Source of the DNA: Deltaproteobacteria bacterium
GTDB taxonomy: Bacteria; Desulfobacterota; Dissulfuribacteria; Dissulfuribacterales; QOAL01
Assembly: GCA_026986785.1 (NCBI GenBank)
Contig: JALSNW010000043.1
Span: forward strand, 9,653 to 73,652
Direction of reading: 5' to 3'
DNA: 64,000 bases
A program made the position numbers and the translations under genes. Shown piece after piece: positions 47,738 through 58,032 of the stretch. The notes beneath the pieces are model-generated. The model was not told where the DNA came from. It saw only the letters and a program-made list of their open reading frames with translations, and did no database searches. The stretch's first letter is position 1. Each line of letters begins with the position of its first letter.

Positions 47738-48496
47738 TCATCTGTCTCCCTTTACGACGTATGATCTGATCCCTTCCTTTGATGCCAGCCTACTCGCTGC
47801 CTTCTTGGCCTCGCCAAGGTCTTTATATCTTCCAAGGAGCACCCTATACCATATCCCTCTTCTACCAAGGTCTGCCCTTTTCACCTGGACGTAATAACCT
47901 TTCTTTTCCCACCTGGCCCTTTCCTTCCTCGCCTTACTGCTATCTTTATAGGAGGCTATCTGCAGGGAGAAAAAATGCTTGAGCCCTTCCCTCTTCTGGC
48001 TGCTTATCTTCTCTACCTTGAGACCAGCCTTGGGCTTTTTCGAGATTTTCTCTCCCTTATTTTCCTTCTTAATGGTCTTCCCCTTCTTTTCCTCAAGGGC
48101 AGTGCCCCCCTTTTCTCTCTTGAGGGCCGTAGCTGGTTCAGTGATAGTCTCTGTAGGAATAGTCTGGGTATGTCCGGGAGATTCTTCCTGTTTTAACTTC
48201 TCCTTTATGTCCTGTATCGCCTCATTCTGTTCAAAAAGGCCCGTCTCGTTGCCATAAAGGAGATCTTCTGGTTTCTCGGCTTGCTGGACAACACTTTCCG
48301 TACCAGATGTTTTGGGACTAATCACCGTGGTCTTGACCTTGGATGTGCCATTTCCAGTAAATACCTTCTGTCCCATCCAAAAACCCAGGACAAAGGTCCA
48401 GAGAAGGACACATACGCTGGAAATTACTATGGCTATCAAGCCTGGCCAGCCGATCTGAAACTGGATAGGTTTTGGTTTACTCTTTTTGACTGCCAT
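47738..48496 (-). CDS. SPOR domain-containing membrane protein
   Basis: N-terminal TM segment, a low-complexity linker, and a C-terminal SPOR-like domain (FFSLQIASYKDSSKARKERARWEKKGYYVQV...WYRVLLGRYKDLGEAKKAASRL). Confidence 0.7.
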   Translation of the reverse strand: MAVKKSKPKPIQFQIGWPGLIAIVISSVCVLLWTFVLGFWMGQKVFTGNGTSKVKTTVISPKTSGTESVVQQAEKPEDLLYGNETGLFEQNEAIQDIKEKLKQEESPGHTQTIPTETITEPATALKREKGGTALEEKKGKTIKKENKGEKISKKPKAGLKVEKISSQKREGLKHFFSLQIASYKDSSKARKERARWEKKGYYVQVKRADLGRRGIWYRVLLGRYKDLGEAKKAASRLASKEGIRSYVVKGDR

Positions 48497-48536
48497 ATCT
48501 CATCCTTTTGTCGACTTTGTAAAACTAAAATACGGA

Positions 48537-50201
48537 CTACATCTTTTCAGGCGCGCTGACACCCAGAAGACCAAGACCATTTTTCAATACAGTCTTTATG
48601 ACATCAGCCAGGAGCAATCTTGCCTGTGTTACCTCAGGATCATCTCCAATGAATCTGTGCTTAGTATAATACTTATGCAACAGGCCTGCCAGTTCTGTCA
48701 GATAATAACTTATCCTATGGGGTTCAAGGGCCAGGGCACTCTGGGCCACCATATCTGGAAAGCCAGCCAGGAGCTTGAGAATCTTCATCTCCTCCGGGTC
48801 CTGCAACTTGGAAAGATCCACATCCTCTGCTGCCCTCAGCACTATCCCACTATCCTTTGCCATACGGAAGACGCTCGCCAGCCTGGCATGGGCATATTGA
48901 ACATAGTAGACCGGGTTTTCCTGACTCTGACTCCTGGCAAGATCCAGATCAAAATCAAGGTGACTGTCGCACCTGCGTGTGAGAAAGATGAATCTGGCTG
49001 CATCGGCGCCAACATCATCCATCACCTCTCTCAATGTCACAAACTCCCCTGCCCTGGTGGACATGGCCTTGACCTGTCCCTGCTCGATGAGATTCACCAA
49101 CTGGACCAAAAGCACGTCTAATGCATCAGGGTCGAAATCCATTGCCGCTATGGCAGCCTTGACCCTTGGAATGTATCCATGATGGTCTGCCCCCCAGATA
49201 TCCACAAGCTTCTGGAAGCCGCGCTCGAACTTGTTTCTATGATATGCGATGTCTGCTGCAAAATAGGTGAGTACGCCATTTGAGCGTCTGACCACCCTGT
49301 CCTTCTCATCTCCATAGTCCGAGGTCTTGAACCACAGGGCACCCTCTTTTTCATATATCTTCCCGGCCTTTTTCAGCTCATGTATAGTCTCTTCCACAAG
49401 AGACGATTCATGAAGAGAGCGCTCACTGAACCAGTTGTCGAACTTCACCCTGAAATCTTCCAGATCCTTCTTTATGCCACCGAATATCTCAGAAACTGCC
49501 TTGTTGATAAAAAACTCTGCATGCTTGGTGAACTCGTCATCGAGAAATCTATCCCCGTATTCTTGAGCAATCTTTCTGGCTATGTCTATTATATAGTCGC
49601 CTTGATAGCACTCAGGAGGAAAGTCCACATCCTTTCCGAAAAATTCCTGATACCTGAGAAATACCGAGCGTCCAAGGGTCTGCATCTGGTTCCCTACGTC
49701 ATTGATGTAGTATTCACTGGTGACATCGAAACCGGCCATTGCCAAAACCCTGCAGAGGGAATCTCCGACAGCAGCGCCTCGTCCATGTCCAACATGGAGA
49801 GGCCCGGTAGGATTGGCACTCACAAACTCCACCAACACCTTCTCGCCTTGGCCTACATCTGTTTTCCCATATTCCTGACCCATCTCTTTCATTGTCAAAA
49901 GATTCTTCTGCCAAAAGACAGGTGAAAGAAAAAAGTTCAAAAAACCAGGACCAGCCACTTCAACCCTTTCAAAAAGGGCCTCTTGTCCAAGTTGTGGCAG
50001 TAACTTCTCTGCAATCTTTCTTGGAGCGCTCTTCAATCTTGAAGCCATTACCATACAAAAATTACTGGCATAATCCCCGTGGTGTTCCTGCCTGGGGACC
50101 GATATGATATGATCGCTGGCCACCTCAGATTTGGGAAGGGCCCCACTATCTGCTATTTCCTTATATTTTTCTTCTACTATCTCTTTTATCCTATTGCGCA
50201 T
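48537..50201 (-). CDS. argS: Arginine--tRNA ligase
   Basis: HIGH-type motif HVGHGRG and KMSK-type motif MSTRAG. The start is set at the ATG at 50201 (MRNRIKEIVEE; the alternative is 50225). The 121-codon upstream extension in the track is hydrophobic junk and collides with the PilZ gene. Confidence 0.9.
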   Translation of the reverse strand: MRNRIKEIVEEKYKEIADSGALPKSEVASDHIISVPRQEHHGDYASNFCMVMASRLKSAPRKIAEKLLPQLGQEALFERVEVAGPGFLNFFLSPVFWQKNLLTMKEMGQEYGKTDVGQGEKVLVEFVSANPTGPLHVGHGRGAAVGDSLCRVLAMAGFDVTSEYYINDVGNQMQTLGRSVFLRYQEFFGKDVDFPPECYQGDYIIDIARKIAQEYGDRFLDDEFTKHAEFFINKAVSEIFGGIKKDLEDFRVKFDNWFSERSLHESSLVEETIHELKKAGKIYEKEGALWFKTSDYGDEKDRVVRRSNGVLTYFAADIAYHRNKFERGFQKLVDIWGADHHGYIPRVKAAIAAMDFDPDALDVLLVQLVNLIEQGQVKAMSTRAGEFVTLREVMDDVGADAARFIFLTRRCDSHLDFDLDLARSQSQENPVYYVQYAHARLASVFRMAKDSGIVLRAAEDVDLSKLQDPEEMKILKLLAGFPDMVAQSALALEPHRISYYLTELAGLLHKYYTKHRFIGDDPEVTQARLLLADVIKTVLKNGLGLLGVSAPEKM

Positions 50202-50378
50202 TTTCTCTATTCTTCCTTTTCTCATTAAAAAAGGGCTGCTTAAAGCCCTATCTAGTGTAGTTGCTCCCCAAAATATCCGAAGAAGATATAAGAGAAGTTT
50301 GTAAGAAATGAAATAAAATAAATGGGTGACAATTGCAACCCACGCATCTTTACCAAGATACAAGGCTGGTGATCCGTT

Positions 50379-50717
50379 TTGCCTGAAAACAACAGAGAAA
50401 AAAGGAAACTTCAGAGACTTCCCCTGAGTCTGGAGGCAATCTGTGAAGCAGATGGGGCGTTTTTCAAAGGTTACGTACAAGACATCAGTGCAGGAGGTCT
50501 GAAACTCGAGACCCAAAAAAGACTGGGACAAGGCGTGCACGTAATCATGAGCATCGATACACAAAAACCCTTGAAGCTTTCAGGTGTTGTCAGATGGAGG
50601 AGGCGGGAAAAACTACACTTTCTCTATGGCATACAATTTGAGCAACTATCTGAAGAAAAAGAGAGGCTCCTAAGGGAACTGGTCCAAAGCCTCTTCTGGA
50701 AAAGTTATGGTGGATAA
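50379..50717 (+). CDS. PilZ domain protein (c-di-GMP receptor candidate)
   Basis: Both halves of the c-di-GMP-binding signature are present: RKLQR (RxxxR) and DISAGG (D/NxSxxG). Confidence 0.75.
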   Translation: MPENNREKRKLQRLPLSLEAICEADGAFFKGYVQDISAGGLKLETQKRLGQGVHVIMSIDTQKPLKLSGVVRWRRREKLHFLYGIQFEQLSEEKERLLRELVQSLFWKSYGG

Positions 50718-50720
50718 ATA

Positions 50721-51194
50721 TTAGATCCTCAGACGCTGCCTGGTCCCGCGCCTACCAGACCTTATAAGAGGTAGGGCTATCGACAGATTGACTATACCGA
50801 TCCCGATCAGAAACAATACAGACCAGCTTATCCCTGGCTCGAGGAGACTTTTCTCTGGACTGTTCGGGTTGTAAAATACCGACACCTTCTTCCCCGATGG
50901 ATATTTCTCGAGCACTTTTTTGATATGGCCCTCAGAGGCAAAACAACGCCATCCACTATTTAGCCTGTGACCCTCCAGCACTTTATCTCCCACCATATAG
51001 AGATAGTCCATATCGAGACATAGCCTGGCTATCCTAATCTTACCAGGTGTGCGCCATTCCCTAACCCTTGAGATGATTATTCTTCCCTTGGTAACAGGCC
51101 ACTTTCGTGCCTGCCAGCCCTCTATTCCCATGGAAAACCCCACGAGCAAGGCCCACATTCCAAGGATCAGGAAGAGGAAGGCGAACAATCTCAT
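50721..51194 (-). CDS. Small two-TM membrane protein, DUF3592-like
   Basis: The layout is TM, a ~100-aa soluble beta-type region (WPVTKGRII...VSVFYNPNSPEKSLLEP), then TM. It has an ATGA overlap with the upstream Hsp70-like gene. Confidence 0.5.
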   Translation of the reverse strand: MRLFAFLFLILGMWALLVGFSMGIEGWQARKWPVTKGRIIISRVREWRTPGKIRIARLCLDMDYLYMVGDKVLEGHRLNSGWRCFASEGHIKKVLEKYPSGKKVSVFYNPNSPEKSLLEPGISWSVLFLIGIGIVNLSIALPLIRSGRRGTRQRLRI

Positions 51195-54010
51195 GAATCT
51201 CTTTTCTCCTTCTCGAGGACAAGGCCCTCTGGCAGGTTCTCTCCAAATGCTGCATCTTTTTCAGAGGAGTCAACCTCTTGAAATTCTACCACAGGCAAAA
51301 TCTTGCCAGGTTCTGCGCCAAGTAATTCCAACCATAGCCTGATATCCTCCCTGGCAGCAGCAGGGAGGTCTCTTGCCCGATCTCCACAGACCCTGGCCAT
51401 GGAGACTACAGCATTGATGACAGGCCTTCTGTCTGTGAAATCCACCTCCTTCAAGGCAGTGATCCAGCTCAGAACTTCTCGAGGTGGGACTACCTTGTTG
51501 GCAGGCCCATAAAGAGGAACCCGTGCCCCTATTCTCCCGAGTGCCCAGATGAGATCCTTTTGAAAACGGCCCCTTGACAAAATCTTCAATGCCTGCCTGC
51601 CAAGTACAACCTTCTTTTCCACATCTATTCTTTCCAGATTGGCTGCAAAAAGCCATAACTGCCTTGCTTCTTCCTGTGCCGGTTTGAACTGTTTCGTCTT
51701 CTGCCTCTTCCTCTTCGAGACCAGTTCCGGGGTCAGTACAGGGGCAATAGTTGAAAACAGCTGGGTCTGCTGGCCTGAACTTAGACCTGCAGCCACCCTG
51801 CGCCAGAATATCCACCACTGGAGCCTTGTCTCAAGCTTTTTGACCCAGGCCAGGCCTTGGAAGCTCAAGGGCCAAAGGGCCTTCAACCTCCAGGGATCAC
51901 TGGCCTCACCAATACCCGGCCTCATGACAAAACCAGTCAGGTTGAACCAGCGTGCCTCGTGCAAGAAGCCTTTCTTTCTTCCCTCTTTCAATTCTATCAA
52001 GATATCGGCAAGCCCCCTGAGGACAGGCAACCGCCAAAGCTCCTTCCCCATACCAAAGGCATTCACGAGCAAGGGCATGATATCCTTCGGTTCCACGGCC
52101 TGTCCTTTAAATGCCCTTGAAAAACATGCCTCGAGTATCTCCTTGGCCTGATCCAGCGCCCTCCTGTCATCCAGGGTGAGACCCTCTGACCGGCGGGCAT
52201 CTGGCAGGGAGGTCTTAACGCGGACCCCTTCCACCTGATACCCTGCCTTGTCAGCCTTCTTGGCATCTTCAGAACGGAGATCGAACTGGAGACGCCATCT
52301 GTGGGGGGTTGATACAGATCGACAATACAATTCCAGACTCCCTATGGCTGTGACCTGAGACCCCAGTCGTACAGGGATAGCCTTATGTTGTGCCTTCTTG
52401 CCATATTTCAGTACGGTTTGAAGAGAGGGAAGTCTTACAAAATCCTCTTGGTTCAACTCAACGAGATCACCCACATGATCTCCCTGTCTCACAGTAGAGC
52501 TGAAAAGGGTAAACTTCACAGGTCTATTGGTGAGTACCTTGAAATCCCGATCTATTTCCAGCTCTTGTCCCTCTTCTGTCCCACGTTCTATCAGGCATAC
52601 CGCCTTCTCGGTCTTCTTTTGGGCATTGCCCTCTCCAATGCCTATGAAATAGGAACGAGGAATACCTCCACCAATCCTGAGGCCAAGCCCTCTTCTTACC
52701 AGTCCGTAATAGACTGCCCCTATAGAGATAGCAAGGTCCAGGGAACGGCTCTCTATTGTAGAAACCTCTTTCCCACTCCAACTGGCGAGCACCCTCGAGA
52801 TCCTTTTTCTTATGGACAATGGCTTCAATGTCCCGCCATTGAAAAGGATCACCTCAGGTACCTTCCCCTGGCCCTGTCTGGATATAAACCTTGCCAGATG
52901 CCTTGTAACGGCAGGATCTGATTCATAGGGAAGGCCCATCTCCCTAAGGCCTGTCTCCTTTGGCGATTCCTGCCCGGCCTGGGCCATATCCATCTCAGGG
53001 AAAAAGCCCTCGAGGATCGTATCTTCCACTTCCTCCCTTTCAAGCTCAACGATCACAGTACCTCCCACCAAGGATCTACCGCTACCGGTCAGGCGTACAG
53101 ATGCCCGCCGTGGGCCATCTACGGCAAGAAGCCTTTCTTTTGCCTGCCTGCACTGATGAAAAAGCATCTGCCAGCGGGCAGCATCCAATTCCTGAGGGAT
53201 CTTTTTCTCTGCAATGGCAGCAATTGCCAGATCGATGTTGTCCCCCCCCAATAGGAGGTGATTCCCAACAGCAAGCCTGGCCAGTCTTGGCCCTCTTTCA
53301 CCTGATTCACACGATATCAAGGTAAAATCCGTCGTGCCGCCCCCTACGTCACAGACCAAAAGATGCTGACCCGGCCTTATGTAGGCATCCCAGGTCTCCT
53401 CGTGGTGGGAGAGCCATGCATAGAAGGATGCAAGGGGCTCCTCGAGGAGAACAACCTTTTCCAGCCCTGCCTCTCGTGCAGCCCTGAGAGTTAACTCACG
53501 TGCTACCTCGTCAAAGGATGCGGGCACGGTCAACACCACGTCTTGCTCTGCAAGAGGCACTTTCATGGTATGATCCCAGGCCTCCCGTATGTGCTGGAGA
53601 TACCTGGCAGAGGCTGTAATCGGTGAAACCTTTTCTACATCTTCTGCAGAGCCCCAGGGCAATATGGGAGCATCTCTGTCCACCCCACCATGGCATAGCC
53701 AGCTCTTTGCAGACGAGACCAGTCTGCCAGGCACCAGGGCCCCTTGGTCCCTGGCAAAGGCCCCCACTGCATACCCCCTTTTCTCATCCCAGGGCAGGGA
53801 TGTCATCCCCTTTTCAAATTCATATCTGCCTGGGAGGTAAAGAAAGGAAGGCAGGGTCTTGAGCCTTTCCAGCCTGCCCTTGCTGGCAAGTTGAAGGATC
53901 TCGAATGATTTTATTTCTATGGAACCAGGAGAGGCATCGTGTAGGTCGATATAGCCTACAGCCGAATTGGTAGTTCCAAGATCTATTCCAACAATAAATC
54001 GCTTTTGCAT
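51191..54010 (-). CDS. Large atypical Hsp70-family protein (actin-like ATPase domain plus a ~550-aa uncharacterised C-terminal region)
   Basis: Phosphate-1 motif GIDLGTTNSAV, phosphate-2 motif VCDVGGGTTDFTLI, and LLLGGDNIDLAIA. I recognise no canonical DnaK substrate-binding domain or EEVD tail. Confidence 0.8.
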   Translation of the reverse strand: MQKRFIVGIDLGTTNSAVGYIDLHDASPGSIEIKSFEILQLASKGRLERLKTLPSFLYLPGRYEFEKGMTSLPWDEKRGYAVGAFARDQGALVPGRLVSSAKSWLCHGGVDRDAPILPWGSAEDVEKVSPITASARYLQHIREAWDHTMKVPLAEQDVVLTVPASFDEVARELTLRAAREAGLEKVVLLEEPLASFYAWLSHHEETWDAYIRPGQHLLVCDVGGGTTDFTLISCESGERGPRLARLAVGNHLLLGGDNIDLAIAAIAEKKIPQELDAARWQMLFHQCRQAKERLLAVDGPRRASVRLTGSGRSLVGGTVIVELEREEVEDTILEGFFPEMDMAQAGQESPKETGLREMGLPYESDPAVTRHLARFISRQGQGKVPEVILFNGGTLKPLSIRKRISRVLASWSGKEVSTIESRSLDLAISIGAVYYGLVRRGLGLRIGGGIPRSYFIGIGEGNAQKKTEKAVCLIERGTEEGQELEIDRDFKVLTNRPVKFTLFSSTVRQGDHVGDLVELNQEDFVRLPSLQTVLKYGKKAQHKAIPVRLGSQVTAIGSLELYCRSVSTPHRWRLQFDLRSEDAKKADKAGYQVEGVRVKTSLPDARRSEGLTLDDRRALDQAKEILEACFSRAFKGQAVEPKDIMPLLVNAFGMGKELWRLPVLRGLADILIELKEGRKKGFLHEARWFNLTGFVMRPGIGEASDPWRLKALWPLSFQGLAWVKKLETRLQWWIFWRRVAAGLSSGQQTQLFSTIAPVLTPELVSKRKRQKTKQFKPAQEEARQLWLFAANLERIDVEKKVVLGRQALKILSRGRFQKDLIWALGRIGARVPLYGPANKVVPPREVLSWITALKEVDFTDRRPVINAVVSMARVCGDRARDLPAAAREDIRLWLELLGAEPGKILPVVEFQEVDSSEKDAAFGENLPEGLVLEKEKRDS

Positions 54011-54222
54011 AAGTGTTATATACCCTAATCACCTTTCTGAGAAAAGTTTTTCACCAGGCCTGGAACCAGACTATGTTGCCATAATCTACTCAATATGTAA
54101 AAGTGCCATAAAGGTATGGGCAAACAATTTTTCTGTACTGACTCACTATTTGGTCCCAAACTGACTCCCTAACCCCTTTGGGATGACAAGATTGGCCGTT
54201 TTAGAAATACTCGTCGGAGGAA

Positions 54223-55275
54223 TTGATGAATAAGATAGAACAGAAGGACAAAGAAAAGGCACTATCCATTGCCCTGTCCCAGATCCAGAAACAATTCGGC
54301 AAGGGCTCGGTAATGCGCCTCGGTGACAAGGGTGGTGTAGAGGACATAAAGGTGATCCCCACAGGTTCCATTGCTGTGGACGTTGCTACTGGTGTTGGTG
54401 GCATCCCCCGGGGCAGGGTCATTGAGATATTTGGCCCAGAATCATCTGGCAAGACGACCTTGGCCCTCCACATGATTGCAGAGGCCCAAAAACTTGGAGG
54501 AATTGCCGCATTCGTAGATGCCGAACATGCCATGGATCCCATCTATGCCAAAAAGCTCGGTGTGAATACGGATGACCTCCTTGTCTCACAGCCCGATTAT
54601 GGAGAACAGGCCCTCGAGATAGTAGATGCACTGGTCAGGAGCGGTGCGGTGGATCTGATAGTGGTGGATTCTGTTGCCGCACTGGTACCCAAGGCAGAAA
54701 TAGAAGGTGACATGGGAGACTCACACGTGGGCCTTCAGGCAAGGCTCATGTCCCAGGCCCTCAGGAAACTCACGGGGAACCTTAACAGAAGCAGCACAGC
54801 CCTGGTGTTTATAAATCAGATACGTATGAAGATCGGGGTCATGTACGGAAATCCTGAGACCACCACAGGGGGGAATGCCCTGAAGTTCTATGCGACCATG
54901 AGACTCGATATCCGAAAACTGACAGCCCTGAAAGAAGGTGCCGATGTAATTGGAAATCGAACCAGGGTCAAGGTGGTGAAAAACAAGATTGCCCCCCCAT
55001 TCAAACAGGCGGAATTCGATATATATTATGGGGAAGGGATATCCAGGGAGAGCTCTCTCATAGACCTGGCTGTTGCCGTAGACATAATCGACAAAAGTGG
55101 GGCATGGTACTCGTACAAGGATCAACGTCTGGGACAGGGCAGAGAAAATGTCAGGACATTTCTCAAGGAAAACCCTGAACTCACCTCTGAGATCGAAGAA
55201 CGGGTACGCCAGGCCTATGGCCTTTTGCCACAGCCTGTCAAGAAAAATGAAAACGAGGAGGAACAGGCGTCATGA
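54223..55275 (+). CDS. recA: Recombinase RecA
   Basis: [16 protein letters not shown] (Walker A), VVDSVAAL, and [28 protein letters not shown]. Confidence 0.95.
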   Translation: MMNKIEQKDKEKALSIALSQIQKQFGKGSVMRLGDKGGVEDIKVIPTGSIAVDVATGVGGIPRGRVIEIFGPESSGKTTLALHMIAEAQKLGGIAAFVDAEHAMDPIYAKKLGVNTDDLLVSQPDYGEQALEIVDALVRSGAVDLIVVDSVAALVPKAEIEGDMGDSHVGLQARLMSQALRKLTGNLNRSSTALVFINQIRMKIGVMYGNPETTTGGNALKFYATMRLDIRKLTALKEGADVIGNRTRVKVVKNKIAPPFKQAEFDIYYGEGISRESSLIDLAVAVDIIDKSGAWYSYKDQRLGQGRENVRTFLKENPELTSEIEERVRQAYGLLPQPVKKNENEEEQAS

Positions 55276-57929
55276 AATTTCTCAAGGGTTCAGAGCTGAG
55301 ACAACTGTTTCTGGATTATTTCAGGGAAAAGGGCCACGAGATAGTACCAAGTTCCTCCCTTGTCCCAGCCGACGATCCCAGTCTTCTTTTCACAAATGCA
55401 GGGATGGTACAGTTCAAAAAGGTCTTCCTGGGTGAAGAGACCAGGCCCTATAAACGGGCTGCATCCTGCCAAAAATGTGTACGTGCTGGTGGAAAACACA
55501 ACGACCTCGAGAATGTTGGGTACACTGCCAGGCACCACACGTTTTTTGAGATGCTCGGGAATTTCTCCTTTGGCGACTACTTCAAGAAAGAGGCCATAGG
55601 TTTTGCCTGGGAGCTCCTGGTGGACAGGATCGGCCTGCCAGTGGACAAACTCTGGGTTACCGTATTCAGGGAAGACGACGAGGCTGCCAGGCTTTGGCCA
55701 GAATTGACTGGTATACCCGAATCCAGGGTAGTCCGCCTCGACGAGGCAGACAACTTCTGGGCAATGGGGGATACTGGGCCTTGTGGTCCATGCTCAGAAA
55801 TCCTCATAGACCAGGGAGAAGAAGTAGGTTGCAAGAGACCAGGGTGCAGAGTGGGCTGTGACTGTGACAGATTCCTGGAGATCTGGAATCTTGTCTTCAT
55901 GCAATTTTTCAGGGACCAGGATGGCACAATGACCCCATTGCCAGAACCATGCATTGATACAGGCATGGGCCTGGAGAGGATAGCCGCAGTCTGCCAAGGC
56001 AAGCTCAACAACTATGACACAGATCTTTTCGCAAACATCCTGGCAGTCCTGGAACAGTTGTCAGGGAAACAATATGGAACGGAAAATGTAACAGACGTAG
56101 CCATGAGGGTCATTGCAGACCATTCCAGGGCCAGTGCATTTTTGATAGCAGACGGTGTCATACCATCCAACGAGGGCCGGGGCTATGTACTTCGGCGCAT
56201 TATAAGACGTGCCGTAAGGTATGGACGGGTGCTCGGTCTCCAGGGATCCTTCATGAAAAAGACAGCATTCCAGGTCATTGAAGACATGGAGCAGACATAT
56301 AAAGAGCTGACACATGCAAAGACATTCATTGGTCAGGTACTCGATCAGGAGGAATCGAGATTTGCAGAAACCCTGGAGATGGGCCTTAGGATGCTGGAAG
56401 ACTATATCCTGGACATGAGAGAAAAGGGCTCTAATACCATAGAAGGGGAATTTGTATTCAAACTCTACGATACCTATGGCCTCCCTGTAGATGTAGTACG
56501 GGATGTATGCAGAGAAGAGGGACTCGAATATGACCATTCTGGTTATAATCGAATGCGCCAGGAACAGAAACGACGTTCCAGAGGGGCCCTGAAGGAAGAG
56601 GTTACAGAAAAACTGCCAGACATCTACAGGAAACTCCTGAAGGAAGGAAAGGCCACCAGATTCGTAGGCTATGAAGCCACGTTTGCCACATCAAAGGTCT
56701 TGGCCCTGGTCCAAAAAGGACACGAGTTTTCCAGGGTCTCGCAAGGGTGGTCAGGAGAATTGGTGGTTGAACAGACACCTTTCTATGGGGAATCAGGAGG
56801 GCAGACTGGGGACAAAGGGCTCGTCAAGGGGCCCAAAGGCATGGCCCAGGTGACTGATACAGTAAAAAGGGGCGATCTGATCATCCATATGATCGAGGTT
56901 GAAAATGGCGAGATAGGCCTTGACGACCAGGTAAGTCTCACGGTTTACGAAAGCAGACGTCTCGATACTGCCAGGAACCATACTGCCACCCATCTGCTCC
57001 ATGCAGCATTGAAAAAGGTCCTTGGCCCCCATGTCAACCAGGCCGGTTCCCTGGTGGAACCAGAAAGGCTCCGTTTCGATTTTACCCATCTTGCCAGTTG
57101 CTCGAGAGATGAATTGAAACGGATTGAGGCCATTGTGAACGAGAAGGTACGGGCAGACATACCTGTACAGACAGAGATCCTCTCCCAGGAGGAGGCCCTT
57201 GAAAAAGGCGCTGTGGCCCTTTTCGGAGAGAAATATGGACAAAAAGTCAGGGTCGTCAACATCCCTGGCTTCAGTATGGAACTATGCGGCGGCACCCATC
57301 TGAACCGCACAGGCCAGATAGGTCTTTTCAAGATCGTCTCGGAATCAGGTGTGGCCTCGGGTATCAGGAGGATAGAAGCGGTTACAGGCTCGTATGCAGT
57401 CGAGGCAGTCCAGGGCCTTGAAGATGAGATATTGACAATCGCCCAGGTCCTCAAATGCCCAGTAAATGCAGTACCCAAACGGGTTGAAGGCCTGAATGCC
57501 AGGGTGAAGGAACTCGAAAGAGAAATCAAAAGGGTCTTGTCCCAAGGGGCCCTGCCAGACATGGATCAGTTGTTGGAAAGGGCAGAGAGTAGAAATGGTG
57601 TAAAGGTGGTAACCGCGGCCATACCCGAGGTCGATGCCCCTACCCTTAGACAGATCGGTGACAAGATCAGAGACAGGCTTGGCTCAGGCGCTATAGTCCT
57701 TGGCTCATCCAAGGATGGAAAGGCCTTTGTGCTATGCATGACCACCAAGGACCTGACAGGAAGACTCCATGCCGGTGATATAGTCAAGGCCATAGCCAAA
57801 CACATAGGTGGAGGCGGAGGGGGACGTCCAGACATGGCCCAGGCAGGAGGTTCAAGGCCAGAAGGTGTTGCCAATGCCCTTGCCGCTGCCCAACAAGAGA
57901 TACTCGATCTCCTCGAAAAAGAAAGATAA
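55272..57929 (+). CDS. alaS: Alanine--tRNA ligase
   Basis: [19 protein letters not shown], the editing-domain motif HTATHLLH, and C-terminal [15 protein letters not shown]. It has an ATGA overlap with recA. Confidence 0.95.
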   Translation: MKFLKGSELRQLFLDYFREKGHEIVPSSSLVPADDPSLLFTNAGMVQFKKVFLGEETRPYKRAASCQKCVRAGGKHNDLENVGYTARHHTFFEMLGNFSFGDYFKKEAIGFAWELLVDRIGLPVDKLWVTVFREDDEAARLWPELTGIPESRVVRLDEADNFWAMGDTGPCGPCSEILIDQGEEVGCKRPGCRVGCDCDRFLEIWNLVFMQFFRDQDGTMTPLPEPCIDTGMGLERIAAVCQGKLNNYDTDLFANILAVLEQLSGKQYGTENVTDVAMRVIADHSRASAFLIADGVIPSNEGRGYVLRRIIRRAVRYGRVLGLQGSFMKKTAFQVIEDMEQTYKELTHAKTFIGQVLDQEESRFAETLEMGLRMLEDYILDMREKGSNTIEGEFVFKLYDTYGLPVDVVRDVCREEGLEYDHSGYNRMRQEQKRRSRGALKEEVTEKLPDIYRKLLKEGKATRFVGYEATFATSKVLALVQKGHEFSRVSQGWSGELVVEQTPFYGESGGQTGDKGLVKGPKGMAQVTDTVKRGDLIIHMIEVENGEIGLDDQVSLTVYESRRLDTARNHTATHLLHAALKKVLGPHVNQAGSLVEPERLRFDFTHLASCSRDELKRIEAIVNEKVRADIPVQTEILSQEEALEKGAVALFGEKYGQKVRVVNIPGFSMELCGGTHLNRTGQIGLFKIVSESGVASGIRRIEAVTGSYAVEAVQGLEDEILTIAQVLKCPVNAVPKRVEGLNARVKELEREIKRVLSQGALPDMDQLLERAESRNGVKVVTAAIPEVDAPTLRQIGDKIRDRLGSGAIVLGSSKDGKAFVLCMTTKDLTGRLHAGDIVKAIAKHIGGGGGGRPDMAQAGGSRPEGVANALAAAQQEILDLLEKER

Positions 57930-58003
57930 TCCAGGATCATGCACTCCAAGAAAAAGACAATTCCTCACAGCCTTGGATAACTTGGAAACTACATGATCCA
58001 GGA
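57930..58003. repeat. Imperfect inverted repeat directly after the alaS stop
   Basis: TCCAGGATCATG (57930-57941) pairs with CATGATCCAGGA (57992-58003). That gives 8 perfect bp, one mismatch, then 3 more bp, with a 50-nt spacer. The repeat ends 30 nt before the Crp/Fnr-family gene. Confidence 0.4.
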
Positions 58004-58032
58004 TGAGAACATGAATTTTTTATCGGTATAAC

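Noticed and set aside
50202-50564. The ORF track gives argS a 121-codon N-terminal extension.
   Set aside because: The extension is hydrophobic junk with no ArgS homology, and it would run through the start of the divergent PilZ gene. A canonical ArgS N-terminus begins at the ATG at 50201.
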